The translations under genes and the position numbers were made by a program. The notes under the pieces are model-generated. The model was not told the DNA's origin, made no database searches, and worked only from the letters and a program-made list of their open reading frames with translations. A stretch of DNA of 60,641 nucleotides, the filler included, from Platydemus manokwari (taxonomy: Eukaryota), in NCBI GenBank assembly GCA_037951405.1. It is 5 parts of 5 records of this genome, joined end to end, with 100 filler letters (N's around TTAATTAATTAA, not from the genome) between each part and the next. Parts side by side here need not be neighbours in the genome. Positions count along the whole stretch, not along the records: positions 33,675 to 44,382 come from JBBMOY011111443.1; positions 44,483 to 60,641 come from JBBMOY011208098.1; 3 more parts are not named here. One strand, written 5' to 3'. Positions 41,341 to 57,400 of this stretch are shown piece after piece (position 1 is the stretch's first letter; the number at the start of each line of letters is the position of its first letter).

Positions 41341-44309
41341 AGCTACCTCATCCGGAAAATATTTTTAATAAGCTTCGATTTTACAGTGTATGTTTAATGA
41401 GGTGTTGAAATAAAATTATCATTTATGGTTGGAGTTAATAAATTAGTGATGAGGCTTTCTGTGCCAAATATATTTTAACATTTTATTTCGATTTATCGCA
41501 CACCCTATAATATTGATGACAAGTTGATGAGTAATATCGGAACAGAAATTAATTAAAATAATTACGAAAATCAATAATTATAATAAAAATGCTGATAAAA
41601 ATATTATTAATAATTATTTAGAGTAGATTATTGTTTCGTATGATACAAACTTTAAAATAGTTATCATGGATACTGCGGCATCTTTGCGTTTAATAATAGT
41701 TGTCGTTAAAAACTGTATTTGAACTTGATCTTATTTTTTGACTAACAATTGATGACGGTCATTTTTGAATTCGTATGTAGAGTTATACTCATACATATAG
41801 TGAGCATTTTAAATTGAATTAGATTTTTAAATATTTAATTTTGTATAACATTTGATTTCATATAACATTATATTGATTTGTTTATATAATTGAATTTCAA
41901 TATATAAATTGGTGTGGTGTAAATTTCAGTCCGGTTTTGATGAGTGTTTTACAAAATAGTAGCGACTTACACATTTAATATCAAGTTAGCACAAGCATTT
42001 TCTATTTAGTTGGTAATCTATATCCGAAAACGGTCATGGAATTATATAAAAAATATAAATAATAATAAATAATTGTAACAATTAGAAATATTATATCATA
42101 AAGCAGATTTCATTAAGTTTTAATAAAGATATGATGTAGCTTCAGCAGACATTGTAAAGTCTGAAATGACGGCAGTAAAATTAGGAATATCTAAATGGGA
42201 AATTGAAATCTCTTGAAAAGAATTTAAATAAAATATTTCCTGGGTTTAATACCAGAAGTAATTTCAAATTTTAAAAACAAAATTAAAATTATTCAACATA
42301 AGCCATAAATAAATGTTGTATTTATTAGAATATAGTAAGAGTTACAGGGACATACTAGTTAGTAGGTTATGCATAAACGTAAAATATTCTTCTACGCAGA
42401 GTCACTCGACTTCATTTCGACTTAAAAAGTACACAAGATCACTAGGAGGATAACGTTTGAATTAATCATGCATTTTATTAAGTCACACTAAGTTCTCATT
42501 CTGATGATAAACATATTTTATTTTATGAGGACTATTTTATGTAAAATTAAAAACAAATGCAAGAATAAATGATGGCATGAGAAAAGTAAATAATAACCGG
42601 ACCAATTAATGATAATAAGGAACGAATAAGTAAATATTGAAGTAGGAATATTAGTAGTTATTACAAGGATTCAATAGATCTTTGATGTTTGTTGTTTTCA
42701 TGTTCGTTTTCAAATAATATTTTATGTAATACTTGAGGGTAACATTTATCCATGAAATAAGAAAATGATTCTATTGAATTATCATCAAATATTGTTTGTG
42801 TGCAAAACAGCTAATTTATTGTCTTCTCTAGAAAATCGACTTATAGTAAATTATAAACATACAGTCTACATTAAGTAAAAATGAAAGACGATGTCAAATG
42901 CAAATTTTAATTCTGAAATACTTTACATTAGAACACCACCTTGCATTCATATTCGTTTTTATGCTATTGTTCTCGTTCAAATAAATATACATTTAATATT
43001 GATAACTTTACTCTATCTGCATTTGGTTGCTTTTATTCTCTAGCATTCGAAACTACAGTCTGATGTACATATCAGTTTTAAGCTGTTCTTCAATAAATTG
43101 AGTTTAACTAAATCAGCAATTTAAGCTTAGGATCAATATACAAGTATCTGTGATTGGTGCCTTTATTACATCCTCACATGAATAATCGAAGCTCTAATAA
43201 TGGAATTTGTAAAAACTTATAAACTAGTAGAATAAATATTTTTTAAAGATAGTCAGTGAACTTAGCTCACATTGGAGTGATGTTTGAAATGCGTTTTTGC
43301 ATACAACAAATTACCACAACTATAGAAGTTACCAATCAGTATTGTACGGCATGAAACATACTCTAGCCCAGTATTTCAATCTGACATTAAGGGGTTTTAT
43401 TTGATTTTATTCAGTTACGGGCAAACTTCTCATCTCATTTGATATTCGATAAGGGCTTTGTAAAGTTTCATATTTAGAGTAATAAATAATTTTTTGATTG
43501 GGTGAACCGAACCCAAAAGAATAATTTCCAAAAGGATTCTTCAATACAATCTTAATGCCAGTAAAACATCATCAGCAATATTCTGCAATTCAACCGAAAA
43601 AACATTAGAAAACAATTATAAACAATGGTGATTACTGGTTTTGGTTTAAGCAATCAAAACGTAAACAATTTTAGATAAGATTTTGGTATATTGTTTTATG
43701 GATGATTGGTCTGGCATTATGGTTTATGAATTTTTATAATAAATTTTTTTATCAGTTAGTATGTTGTGAAAAACATGGGCACTCTGGTTACATAAAATAT
43801 TACAATGGAAATAGAAATAAAAAATATTAGTAAAGGTAATATTGTTATTAATAATAATAAAAAAAGAATAAAAAAATTTAATAAGAATATTAACAAGTTA
43901 AATTTAATAGAGTCCAAATATTTGTAAGAATAAAATACGAAATAATTTATAAAATAAGCTGATATTTCTCATTAAAAATATGATGAACGAGTAGAAAATA
44001 CTCAAAACATATCAAAGGAAATATGGTAAACACTCATGATATCAAAGGAAATAAAACTATAAAGATGATAATAAGGAAAGCCACTAATGGAAAAGCTGCG
44101 AAACTTAGCGAGGGTGACATTTAACTTTGATTTAATTGACTATTTATGGATTAAAATTTTCTAGAGGGGAAAAAATTGCTCGTAAGTGGTAACATCATTT
44201 TTTATAATTTTTATTTTAAATTTCTATAATTGCGTTTTTTGTAAATAAATTATAATGACTTTGAACTTATTATTCATTTATATTAACCATTTAAAAAAAT
44301 AGTCATTTC

Positions 44310-44379
<70 letters not shown>

Positions 44380-45469
44380 GTANNNNNNNNNNNNNNNNNN
44401 NNNNNNNNNNNNNNNNNNNNNNNNNNTTAATTAATTAANNNNNNNNNNNNNNNNNNNNNNNNNNNNNNNNNNNNNNNNNNNNGTTCAGCGTTATAACAAT
44501 TTGTGTTAATAAAATACCTGCATAAAAACATGAATAACTTTTGACTCAACCTGGTATATCATAATAAATAATAACTAAATAATATAGAAAACTATTTAAT
44601 TATCAATGATATAAAATTAATTTAAGTGCAAGAATAAAAGTCATAAATGAAGTTTTATAAGGTGCAAATTGAAAGATACCACCTACGCCACCTTCGAGAT
44701 GAAGTTGCATAAATATCTACGCATTTCGTCAATAACATACAAAAATTTGCAAGGTGATAACTGGTATCGAACAACGATAAACATATATTGAAATACCTTC
44801 ATTGAAACGGTAACTAAGAACACATCGATTAATTTTCGTGACAAATATTTCATATTGATTCCAGACTAGAAATTTGTGCGGAGAATGCTAGGCTCAATTA
44901 TTAATTTTTCTTGTCAATCATTTGTCAGTAATATCTCATTTAAATTTATGCAATTTAATATTTAATAAGCACATTAACTAATTATTATTATATTATTTAA
45001 TAAATCAAAGTTAATAATTGTTATATATATATAAATATTTATTTTAAAAATAAAATTTTACTTATAAAATTTTTAAATTCTTTTAAAACATTTTATATAA
45101 AAATATTAAATTTTATAATTTATTCAATTCTTTTAAATCGTTATTTAAAAGTTGTTATTTTTAATTATTTTAATTAAACCTCACAATATTATGAGGTGAT
45201 TATAATATTATTATTAAATAAAAATTAAATATGATTATTAATATTTTATTCATTGTTGTCCAGACTTGTGTCTAACTGCGACAAAACACCGCAAGGCTCA
45301 TTGAATGTTATTCATATTGGTTGTTATACTCATGGTTGGAATTATATTAAATCTACAATATATACAAGGCTAATATAAAGACCAGCTCATAAAATCTACA
45401 ATGCCCACAAAACATATTTAATAAAAATGAGAAACATCTGATCACAAAATCAATATATGACATTCGATA

Positions 45470-48400
45470 TCAGACACCATGAATGGAAACATTTGTAACG
45501 ATTCCATTCAACTTGATATCCCAGTCAGTTCCTTGAGGTAATAATGAGGTAATTCCGATTCGCTCAGCCAGAGTTCCATCGGAAAAAACAGCCCATATCT
45601 AAAGTCCATATTACTAACAAGAGATTATAATAAAAACAAAACAAACAAACCAATCGTTGCGAGGAACATGAAACATGGATAACATTATCACAAACATGAA
45701 TCCAATGAGTACCAACAGTAGCTGTGAACATATTGCCATCAAATATTCTAACCCATAAATGATCGCTAGTATCAACAGCCCATAGCGTCAGATTATCACC
45801 ACTTGCCAACTATCACACACAATCAATCATAATTTTCATCCACAAACAAATATTCTACTTCTTTGAATTTTCCATTACGTCGATCATGTTCGATTTTATC
45901 CCAATCTTTTTCCGATATTTTTGTCACATCTCTAATATTGGTAAATTTCAATCGCCATATAAATCCCGAAATGCAAATCACCCAAATCGTTCCATAGATA
46001 TTGATATTGATCGATAATAATTTTAATTCACATCTAATATGGAACCAAAATAATCCCTACATCGAATCCGATTCAATAAACCACCACACAACACATTCAT
46101 AATTCTCACTTCCATATTATTCACCGACACACCCTTTCTTATAAACAATTTATTTTTCCTATTTATACCAAGAACCAAATGGTTTTTATCATCGTCTTGA
46201 TCAATTCCTGGAAATATTGCGATATCGATTAATTTCAAACTGTTATTCTTGACTTCTTTCCAAGGTCCGACAACACTAGTTTTATATGTTCTAAATAAAC
46301 ATCACTATTAACGGGACTATATATCATGTTTTGTTTTTAATACCGACTCCATTTCCGATATCTATAATTCTTATTCCAAGTGATATTATCATCAAATCTA
46401 CATGCAACCAAATGGATAAGAGATATTATTCAATGATCGTCATACTTGGAATTGATTCCACAACCATATTGCCAATTTTCTGATTCCGTATTTTCCGATG
46501 ATGATTTATTTACAACAATCGACCATTCATCCGACCATTCCCATCTTTTCGATAACGGTTGAATCATATGTTTATCAGCGATAATATTGCCATGTTCATC
46601 TGTCCACATATATGGCTCAAATATCCTGGCACAAATATAATCAACGATCAGATAAACAACTCAATTTATTGAATAATCGAATTATATTCAATAGATAATC
46701 AATAAAACAAATACATATACATTCAATTAAAATCAATAATTATATATAATTTATTACTAATAAATAACTAATTGATATTCGATTAATAATTAAATTCCAT
46801 TTTACTGCTCAACCAATTCTATATCAAATACTGTATATATCTCATAATTAATGGCGAAACAAATATAAATTAAAAAACCTAAGACCAACATGGACATATC
46901 AGTAAGTAAAAGCTTCGATTTTTGATATTCCATCGCAAACAATGTCTTATTATCCGAAACCAGATACAAATGCTCCTTGGAGCTACATAATGGACCAAGA
47001 TACGAACCTCCCCATCCTGGAGAATGAACCCATGCCACTCCATTGAAACCAATGGCCCACGTGATGAAACCTTTGGCACCGGTTTTAATAAGATTAAAAT
47101 GCCCCCCATCCTGTTTTGAAGACAAATTCATCAAACTATCTCACTAATCGTATTTTTATATACTTGCTGCCAACTCATATAATTGAATTTATTAATTGGA
47201 CAAGAAAATGGTTCGTGGAATTTATTGAGTATCCAGGCTCTCACAGATTGTTTATCGACATTATTGGTTGTTTTATTATTGAAAGCCATAAAATTAACAG
47301 CCATCAACCAATCCTCCACATCAGTCTCTGACGAGAACCTAAAAATCGCTGACGATATATTAGCTAAAAATACAGAACATTTGACAGAAATCTCATGAAA
47401 TAAGAAGATCATACATTGGTTGGATGAAGAGGATAACATTTTATTTTTCATAAAAATAATCATCGACGAACAAATATCCGACCGATAATGGGTATCGGTG
47501 GCAAAATGTCCACGATATTTACTGAGACAAACAATATCGTTCGATTCAATGAAGAAAGGAATCTAGAAAATTTACCAAAACGCTAAACAATTACAGGTAA
47601 TGAAAACTAAATTACGTAATCAATATTAAACATGTCTGTATGGTTGACCTTAATATGAATAGTCGAAAATGTAATTTTGTTTCTGATTTTGTGATGCAAT
47701 ATCAATGATGCTGACAACCAGATTTTTCTATTGATTTCCTCTGAGAAACATAGAATATAACAACTTGATGCTTTACTCCAAAATGTCTGCAATAGATTTC
47801 ACAAAATTATCAATAATTTCACAGAACAATAATAGATTTACTGTGCATGCACCACTATACAGAAATAAATAAAAACATTGTAACTCAAGAAACGTTCAAC
47901 ATTTTACACTATTTCAAAGAAAAACATAATTTCAGCAATTATTTACACCAGTTGTCGTAACTTAATTGCCACATCAATCAAAATCATAAATTGTAAATCT
48001 CGTAACAAATTTTTTAAAAAATATTAGATAATTTTATATGATTTAGAATATGATACCAGTAGAGAAATTGATTTTTATCTTGAAAATTCAAATTTTTCCT
48101 TTTTAAAAATATTCTATGATCTCATAATACAGATTCGCCTATCACTGAGCGGAATTTGTATTAACTCTCAAGTACTAACAAGATCAAAATAAAGTCGCCC
48201 AATACGAAATAGTTTCCACAAACTATCGAATTCGTTAAACGTTAATCAAAACGAATTCTACAAACCATTTGTCAATTTACCTGCGAAGATCAATTTATGT
48301 AAATTTTATTTAAATAATCGAATTCGATAAACTAGAACAAGAAACTGATGCTCATATTTTTATTCACTGACCGTGTTCTAGAACTAGCTTCAAAATGTCA

Positions 48401-51400
48401 CGCGATAATTATAGATCTTTGGGGACATTATCTGTAGTCACTCGGCTTTGACACGGAGATCCATGCGACACTATCGGAATCTGTGAGCACATTATGGTTG
48501 GACGTGGTGATCCGAAAAACAAACTTCCACATTGCATCGTCAACCTCAAAATTCTTTTCGATAAGAGCGACAACTTCCTACATCATCGATTTCTCAACTA
48601 AGAGAAATACAGAACTATTACCAAGGTAATCTGCAAGAAATCCAGATTCAAAACTCACCTCGATATCATCTGCATCGATGTACTTAGATCTTAAGACCAT
48701 CACAACGACAAGATCCTAACGAATAACGGACTCGAAAAAAAGCAAATCACGCTTATCTCGAGGTTTCTAATAACAGCATTTTCTCAGAAATGCCTACGCG
48801 ACTTACAAAGCTCATACGAACAAAGGAAACCAAAGAATATCTCCAGCATTGGCCAGCTAAAAATAACAAGTGTATAACAGAACTATTCGGCAATATATCA
48901 AAGGGAGCAAGAAGACTTTAAATGAAGAAATCTTGAATCAGAATATCAGAAATATCGATCTTAAAAATTTAATATAATATTCGATGTGAGGACGTGTGCC
49001 ACCGCGTCGAAAAGACTGTTATGCTTATGTATAATAAATCTTAATTTATTTTGCAAATTATTACCATTCGATACATTAAATAATAACACTAACAGACTTC
49101 ATAAAAATCACATTAAAACAAATAATAAATTGTATTAAAAAATCTATTTCATAATTCATGTCAACATTAACCGAAATTTAATCACAAATTCTAAATATAT
49201 CTTATTACTAATACATCTGTTCATGACTGTTATTGAATTTTGGGAAATAATCAATTTCGAAAAGTAGTTCCTATTACTCCAAATTGAAAATACACAGTTG
49301 AATACTCATAAATTGCTCCTTATATTTGAATACAAAAAGTTTAGGCAAAAATAAATTTTCAATTTCCCAAAATATAAACAAAACTATTAATTTTTCAATC
49401 GATTTTTAGATTTATAAACAAAAATATTAATAAATTGAATCAATATAATTAATAAATGAAATAAAAAAATAAACCATAACACATGCAACTTGATATCAAT
49501 TATCCAATAAATTTATAGCTCGATGATGATTGGATGACACAATAATTTCATTCAGATTAATTTAAATACAACTTTATTTGTGAACACATTTATTCCATAT
49601 CTTGTTTCATTAACCCTGCAGGTACCTGGGTAATTTTCAGTATCATGCAACAATTTGTATATTTAATAATTATCTATTTACTGATTATTTGCAATAAATG
49701 AAAAACCAAAGATTTGTCAGCTGCAGTATCAATTTCATATATATAACACAAAATAAGCAAGCAATGACAATAAGTGATAACTATTACAAAACAACAACAA
49801 CAACAACAAAATACAAGCATTACTTAACCACCACCGCCAGTTAATCAATCTAACAAACTAAATTCTATTCAATGTTTTGTCAACAATTTTAATTTAACAA
49901 ACTTGTTCGAAAGGTGAGGTAAAATTTGAGAATGCCGGGTTTTTATATTCCAAATTATCACGGATTTTCAGAGATTGTGAAATTTTAATCTTCCAATCAG
50001 AATCGCTGTCTAAATAAATTAGACAATCAAACCAATCATTTCATCTTTATTTATTATCTAATTAATTGATGTGAAATGTTGAAATATTTGATCTGGCATT
50101 TATTATATTTAACAGTATTGCATTTTCTGAATTGATTTGATAATTTGAAATCAATTATGAAATTTTATTGATTTTCTATCATCTATCTAGTAATTTGGTG
50201 AATGGAAATAATTATATCTAATGAATTTTTCATTTTAATAATTCTGTACATTCACTGAAACGTTTGCAATGATTAATGGGAAACGACAAGAGAATTATTC
50301 TTGTAAAGGTTGGAATCAATCCTAGATTTCATTCTAGTCATTATTATATATAGGAATTTTACATCAATTATTGGAAATTTCCAATATTTCAGATTCATAT
50401 CTTCTTCAGAAGGAAAAATTATTTATTTAAATTATTATTTATTTATTAAATAAATTATTTGAAATTATATTTATTTGAGAAAATCTTAAAACTCACCAGA
50501 ATTTTTCAAATAAATTTTATGAGATGTGAAAGGCGAAGGAATCCAACTGGCTGGGAGAATATCGGCTTCTAAATACAATCCTGAAGCGCTAAGGCATACC
50601 AAATTGTCTGTTTGGAACTGAAAACAATACATATTAGTGGTGAAAAAGAGGTAAAAGCGAATAAAATTATTGAAACACCAAGAGAACAAACAATTTATTA
50701 ATCATCTCAGGATTGCAAACACTTCCTGTAACTGAGTGTAATTACAAAACATAATATTATACTTAATAATAATAATTATTATTATTGTTACATGAATATA
50801 AATAGTATTTAATCGGATATCAACTAAATACTCACATTTGTCGATTTTTCGAAATGCCACACCAATTTTCCACTCCAATAAACTTTTCCCGGTGTACTTT
50901 TAGATTTATTAGACTTATAAAAAATTTGATTTCCTTCATTTGGTAAAGCAAACACCTAAATAAATTCATATTTTATGAATAACCCAATCACAAGTCAGAC
51001 CTGTCCTGATGCACTACAACTGATAAACCTTATATCAGTTGCCACAAGATTCCAACCGTTGCCAAGAGCTAATTTTGATCTTGTTTCATGGAGATTAACA
51101 TTAGCTCTCGACCAAAGACGACCAAGAGACGATTTCACTAAAATGGAATAAATGCTGGTAGTTAATTGGACAATTTTCTCTTTTTCCCACAAATCATGGG
51201 GCACCTCGAGTTGCATCCAGGAAGTACCTACGAAGAACGGAAATGCCTCAATACAGTTAGCTATCGTATAAAAGTTGTACCAATTGGATTTTTCCATGTG
51301 ATACTTTCGCGGAAATAAATATTGCCAGTGGTTGAGCAAACAAATAGATTTCCTAATGGACCAACGGCTAACGAGATAGCCTTAACGAATTTCGGTAACT

Positions 51401-54400
51401 TTATGTGACACCAATTGGAGCCTTCGGGATTTTGACGATGTACATTTAATCGAAAAAGAATCTTAATCCAGGATAATTTCAGAATTAATTTTAGAACTAA
51501 AAACTTGCCAAATGGAAAAATAATCTTATAATTTGTTCCTACAATTTACATATAAAACAACTAAGTGAACTACGTACAAGATTTTTGAAACCAATCTTTA
51601 ATTTCAGCTGATTATCTTGATTAAATTGACGACTTATCGATACAAATAATAATTTCTAAAGCCATAATAAAATGTGGAATAATTATGAGCAAGGATAAAT
51701 AAGCAATAAACCAGAGTAATTAATAGGAAATAAAACACAAATAATCAATCGAAACGTATCGTTTATAAACAAAAGTTAAATGTTAATGTAGATTGGAAAT
51801 GTTTATAAATTTATCTTTGATGCTGCACGTTAAATGCTTTCATTGATTTTAGTTGAAGCGGGTATTTTAACGAAATAAGATTTATTGATTGAATCATACG
51901 CATTCACAATGGAACATTAGCTAATATGGATTATTCGCTTATTAACAATTGTTAGTATTATGAGAATATGGTGAGTATTTTTTTAACTTATCGATATCAG
52001 TAGAACTTCGAAAACCCTGTCTTTTGATTGGCTGGCTGACTCACTATTACACACCACTTGTCTGGAATATGTTGTAATTGTATTTTGGTTTTCATGTTAT
52101 CGCATAACTCACAATAATAAGATATCGTTTCATGATTCTCAAATTAAAAGATTCACGACGGATATATCCATAGAGCCAGCTTAATTCAATATTTATTACT
52201 CTCATTCCGATCAAGAAATTCTTTATTCTAATAATTCTTACCTTCTATTCTCGGATTCACTAAAAATTAATTACGTCACTAATAAATAATCGATAACAAG
52301 TGATATCAAGAAATTCATGTTTTACAATTGTCTTCATAAATAAATGAACCGAATATCTTATTCAATAAACCAGATAACAACAACCTGTCCATTTCCATTG
52401 ACTACCCAAACAGACAGAAATCCGTCTTTTTGATGAGGCAACATTTCTCCCCCGCAGCCGACGTCGACAATGCCCGAATGGCAGAAATTGATGCATTCTT
52501 CTGCCGATTCAATTTCCGAACAACAATCTTGGCTGCAAGATATTTGAAATGGTTGCGAATCTTGGGCCATATACAGCCATCTATCGTATGCATGGAAACA
52601 GCGATATCGTTGCCAATATCTACGCCTAACATTGCTGGTGAAATATTGTCTTTCAACTTGAAATTTCCGAAGAAAATTCGAAGAATAAACCCAACCCTGA
52701 GTAATGTTGGTAAAATTAAAAGTTATTCAATTCAAGTCAAAGTTGTATTTATTTGAAAAATATAAGTGCAACTTTTATTAGAGTTTTACAACAAGGCCAT
52801 TTACTTCTTGATTTCATATTACATATATTTTTAGTATTGAAGGATTACAACAGCAGTCAGTTTTTTAATTGAGAGGTTTGAAGTAAAAATAATAATTTTA
52901 TTAAGTGACTATTTTTAGCATCGACACTAAAACACGTAATTTTCATTGTATAGCCATTTCTGTTATAGGTTAGAAAACAGTCAAATAGAGCTTAATTAGT
53001 CAAAATTAGTTCAAAAATAGAAATCACAGAAATAAATGGACATCGTCACTTAATTTTAAGTTGCGCTTATTATGAAATTTACAACAATAAAAATAAAAAT
53101 TAGTTGAGACATTTATAATAAATATTTTTTGAGTAATTGTCAAACAAATTTAAAGACGATGTCCAATTGGGTCAATTTCGATACCAATATGGAGAATATA
53201 AATATCTTTTAATCAATAAAAAGATTCTAAGAACATAACTAGCAATAAATAATATCAATAATTTTAAAATATTGATTAATAAATTCCGTCAAAGGAATTG
53301 AGCATATTTAAAATGCCAATGGAGTCAGAAAACAGATAATAACATTTTAAAGTGACCTTAAACGCAATTTGTGCACAACAGGCAGTTACATCACATTAAA
53401 TGTCAGTAGTGTGCAATTTGGCACAGTTCACACAATACCAGAAGAGATGGAGAAATTAAATTGATCAAAACGAAAAATTTATCAAACTAAACAGAAACAA
53501 TAAAAATGGCTAATGGGTAATTTAAATTTTAACCACATTAAAACTATAATTTGAAAAGTATATGTCAACTACATCATTGTCCGTCAGGGAGTTGATTGTT
53601 TACTCTAAAATATAGGTGGAACTTGCGTTGATAAATAAATTTATTAACCGTTTTTTGTTGGACTAGACTAGATAATATATTCTCGATATTCGTATTCGTC
53701 TATAATAATCTTCAGAGGTACATCAGCTTTAATATTAAAATCAGTAACGCATAAATTGAACTCATTTTGCATCATTATACAGTTAATCTATCGTTGTATC
53801 TCTATTTAATCATTGTTTCATCAATGAAGCTTATTTGTTTTTATTTTTATTGATTTACACATGCAATCTATGTTTCGAAAGGAATCAGATAATTGAGGCG
53901 AACAATTCATCAAAATAAATATGTAAAGTAATCAGCACATTAAACGATTAAAAATATCATGCAAAGGGTTTTATTTCAAAAATTTTATTTATATTCATTG
54001 TAGCAGTTAATATTTCGGAAAGAAACTGACATTACAAATTGAAATTAATAATGACCTGTAATATTGTCATTCATGCAACCGCTGATTAACCATGAAACGT
54101 CAAGACCAGCATTAAGTGACTTATTTATTAAAACAAAAACAACCTTTAAAATATTTGTTTTTATTAGCATAGATGTTTTATAATATTCATTATAGTATTA
54201 ATAATCTCGAATAATGTCTTGTGACAACAATACATTGCTAAATAAAATAATAATTTAAATAGTTATAATAATAATAACTAAATTGTAATATATTTACGGT
54301 TAATCGTAAAGCTGATTCAATCCTTAACAATCCCAGCAGATAGATTGCAAACTGACCGGTTTCAAAGTCCTTTTCATTCATCAGTGAGTGATTATATTGT

Positions 54401-57400
54401 ATCAAGAAAACACAGTTTCATAATTAAAAATGTATTCATAAAATAAAGAAGATTTAATGAGAATAGTTTAAATCAGGATATAATGCCATTAAAAACACAG
54501 AAAAACAAAAACATCAGATTTTATTTTGTAATATCAAAGCATAAAGTTCACCGTAACACTGATCATATGATGGATCATTTGAAACAAATCCATTTATATT
54601 ACGTTTACTCTGAATCATCTGAAATTTGATTGTGATTAGTAAAATAACGATGCGCTGTTTTATCCTTTATTGATGAATTAATTGTGATGCTTTAAACAAT
54701 TTTAGCTGCACGCCATTCAGATTCAACATTTCATTGCTAATGTCAAGATGTTGAAATTACAATAAGAAATATTCAGACTATTTATTGAACAACAAATATC
54801 TGCGGCAATATCTGTAAATCACATATTTATTTATCAATCTCAATTGGTTGGTGATGAGAAGTATAAAGGAATTTAATAATCATTTATCAGTGAGATAACA
54901 TATTTTTCTTTCTAAATCAACTCTATCAGACAGCCAATCACGATAATAGCAGCAATTGTGCCAGTAATTTGCGATTTTAAATCACATGACTTTGAATTCT
55001 ATGTTATAATTATCGACTTCAGATTTCAACGAGTTGATCAAATTAATGACAATCAGCAGCATAAACTGGAAGAAGCTCTATTATTAAGCGGTATTTAATG
55101 ATTATAATTGCTATTACAATTTAACTATGAACTCGTCAACGATAAAATATCCATCAGTTATGAAATAGTGACAATGAGCTTCAAATCTAAATTGGAATTT
55201 AATGGATTCGAGAAAAGGATTTGAGTAAAACGCGGTAAAAAATATGAATTAATCAAAAGATTTTGATGAAATTACCAAATATAGTACTTTGTTCAAATTT
55301 TAATGTAATGATTTTTCGTGTATTAATAAATTTGAAAATTTATTAATAGTGATATTTTTATCATGTTTCGATTTAGAATTCAATTTTAGATGAAAACGAA
55401 TAAAAACAGCGAAATTCTATCAGAAAAAACCAAATCACAATTTAATGTCAATTCAATGTGTTAACCATAAAGTCATACTTTAACTTTTATATTTATCTGA
55501 CAATACTTTCCTCTGGGATTGTCACACACATTGACATTGAAAAAGAAAGGAGAAGACATCAAGAAATCATCAAATCTTATATAACAATATTTTTTAAACA
55601 TTTGGTTTTATTATTGATTTTTAAAATTATTTTGTGAAAATTGATTTATTTGTTGATATCTCACATTTTATGATGTCGAATCTGAACTAAATAGAATTGT
55701 TAAACCAAGTTCCAATTCCTAATCACAACCCTTCCAGACGATTTTTTGAGTTTTTAAATTAATTTTTTTTTAAATCATGAATCGAATTGGTTAGTTGCAG
55801 ACATGTTTAATAAACTATTTATCAATTATTTTTTTGATAAAATAATTATAAAAATTGAAAATATCTCACGATCTGTTTTTAATGTTAAAGAAAGAAGTCC
55901 TCATCAATGTTTAATAAATTGCTATTCGACCTAATTCTATCTGTTTATCAAATAATCAAATATTAGATGATTTTAAAGCTCCAGTCCAGCGGTTATCAGT
56001 GGTTTCCTTTTTTCTATGACAACCCCAAAGAAAAATCAATATTACTAAAAATAAGTCATTTACATATCAATGATTTCCAACAAGGAATGAATGGCCTATC
56101 AGATAAGATTATCACATAATAACATTACCTATAAAATACTGTAGTAGTCAAGGTGATTGTGATCAGAAATGGTTTAATCAGCATCACAAAACACGATTTT
56201 TCACATGTAATGGCTTGTACACCCACCATAATTGGGCAACCCCTTTAAAAATGTTTGTCGACACCATTTTGGGTCGCGACCGAGGGGTTGAGAACCACTG
56301 GTCAAGTCTTTATAATATTTTATTTTAAACAACTTAAATTCTTCTGCAGTACTTAAATAAAAAATTCAAATGTTTATTAATAAATAAACGATATCGATTT
56401 TGGCAATGCACTCAACAAATTAAAAATCTCATTTCCTGACCCCCTTTTTCTGAACTTGAGCCACAAATTTGATATTTCAAACAATCACCATTTCATTACA
56501 ACATTCAATAAAACAGATTCCAGATTTTTCAAGTGGTTTTATCAAGTTATTTAATTAAAAATCGTCATGAAATGGCGTTTTATGGCAATAAACATGAAAT
56601 GAAATGAATTGGTCCAGCAAATTTCGTGTAGAAAACATGTGATTTTACTAATTGTTGATTCGTGATTTTCACAATGATAGAGTTCATTCATTTAAAATTG
56701 ATTTGGACGGGATTTGTTTAACGCTTTAATTAATAAAATAAGTTTTATTTAAACAGAATTGCGATTCTCCTTTCAATTTCATTGACAGACAGGATTTGAT
56801 GAATGTTAATTTGGGAAATAATTAATTAATTAAAATTAATTAATAAATAATTTATCATTAATGTTACCAATTAATTATTCAATTAAAATTAATTTAATTA
56901 CTTAACTCATTAAAAATAAATCATTTCATTGATTACATTTAAAATAATTTTTAAAAAAAATAACCTCATTTGTTGGTTCTCCGTCAAATTTAAGCTTTTT
57001 CGTCCAATCTCCTTCCCATTTCCATCGACTTGATGGGAGATTAAATGATTGTAAATCGGTTTTCAATAATTTTCCATAATAATTCGGAGTGACATATTCG
57101 AATGGATCGGAATGTAGTAAATTTTTCGAACTAAATTGGCCGGAACGTTTACGCTACATAAACATTAAATTCAATTGTAGTTGATGTCAGATTTGATGTT
57201 AAAATAGAACCTGATTTTCAATTACGACTTCAGGTGTTCGGATTACAATTTCAGATTTAGGGATATAGAGATATAATTCATTGTCTGCACCAATCGACCA
57301 CACACACCATGATGCTGCAGCTAGTAATTTAAAGCTTTTAATATTACTAATTGAACAATTGATATGATTCCATGATGTATTCCACGATGACAACAGAAAT

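Noticed and set aside
54552-54618. AG/GT-bounded open segment (MIQSKRNINGF...) in the 4.3-kb TECPR1 intron
   Set aside because: The flanking exons already join seamlessly within the DysF domain (EPTNE|GWVY), and this segment would shift the phase.
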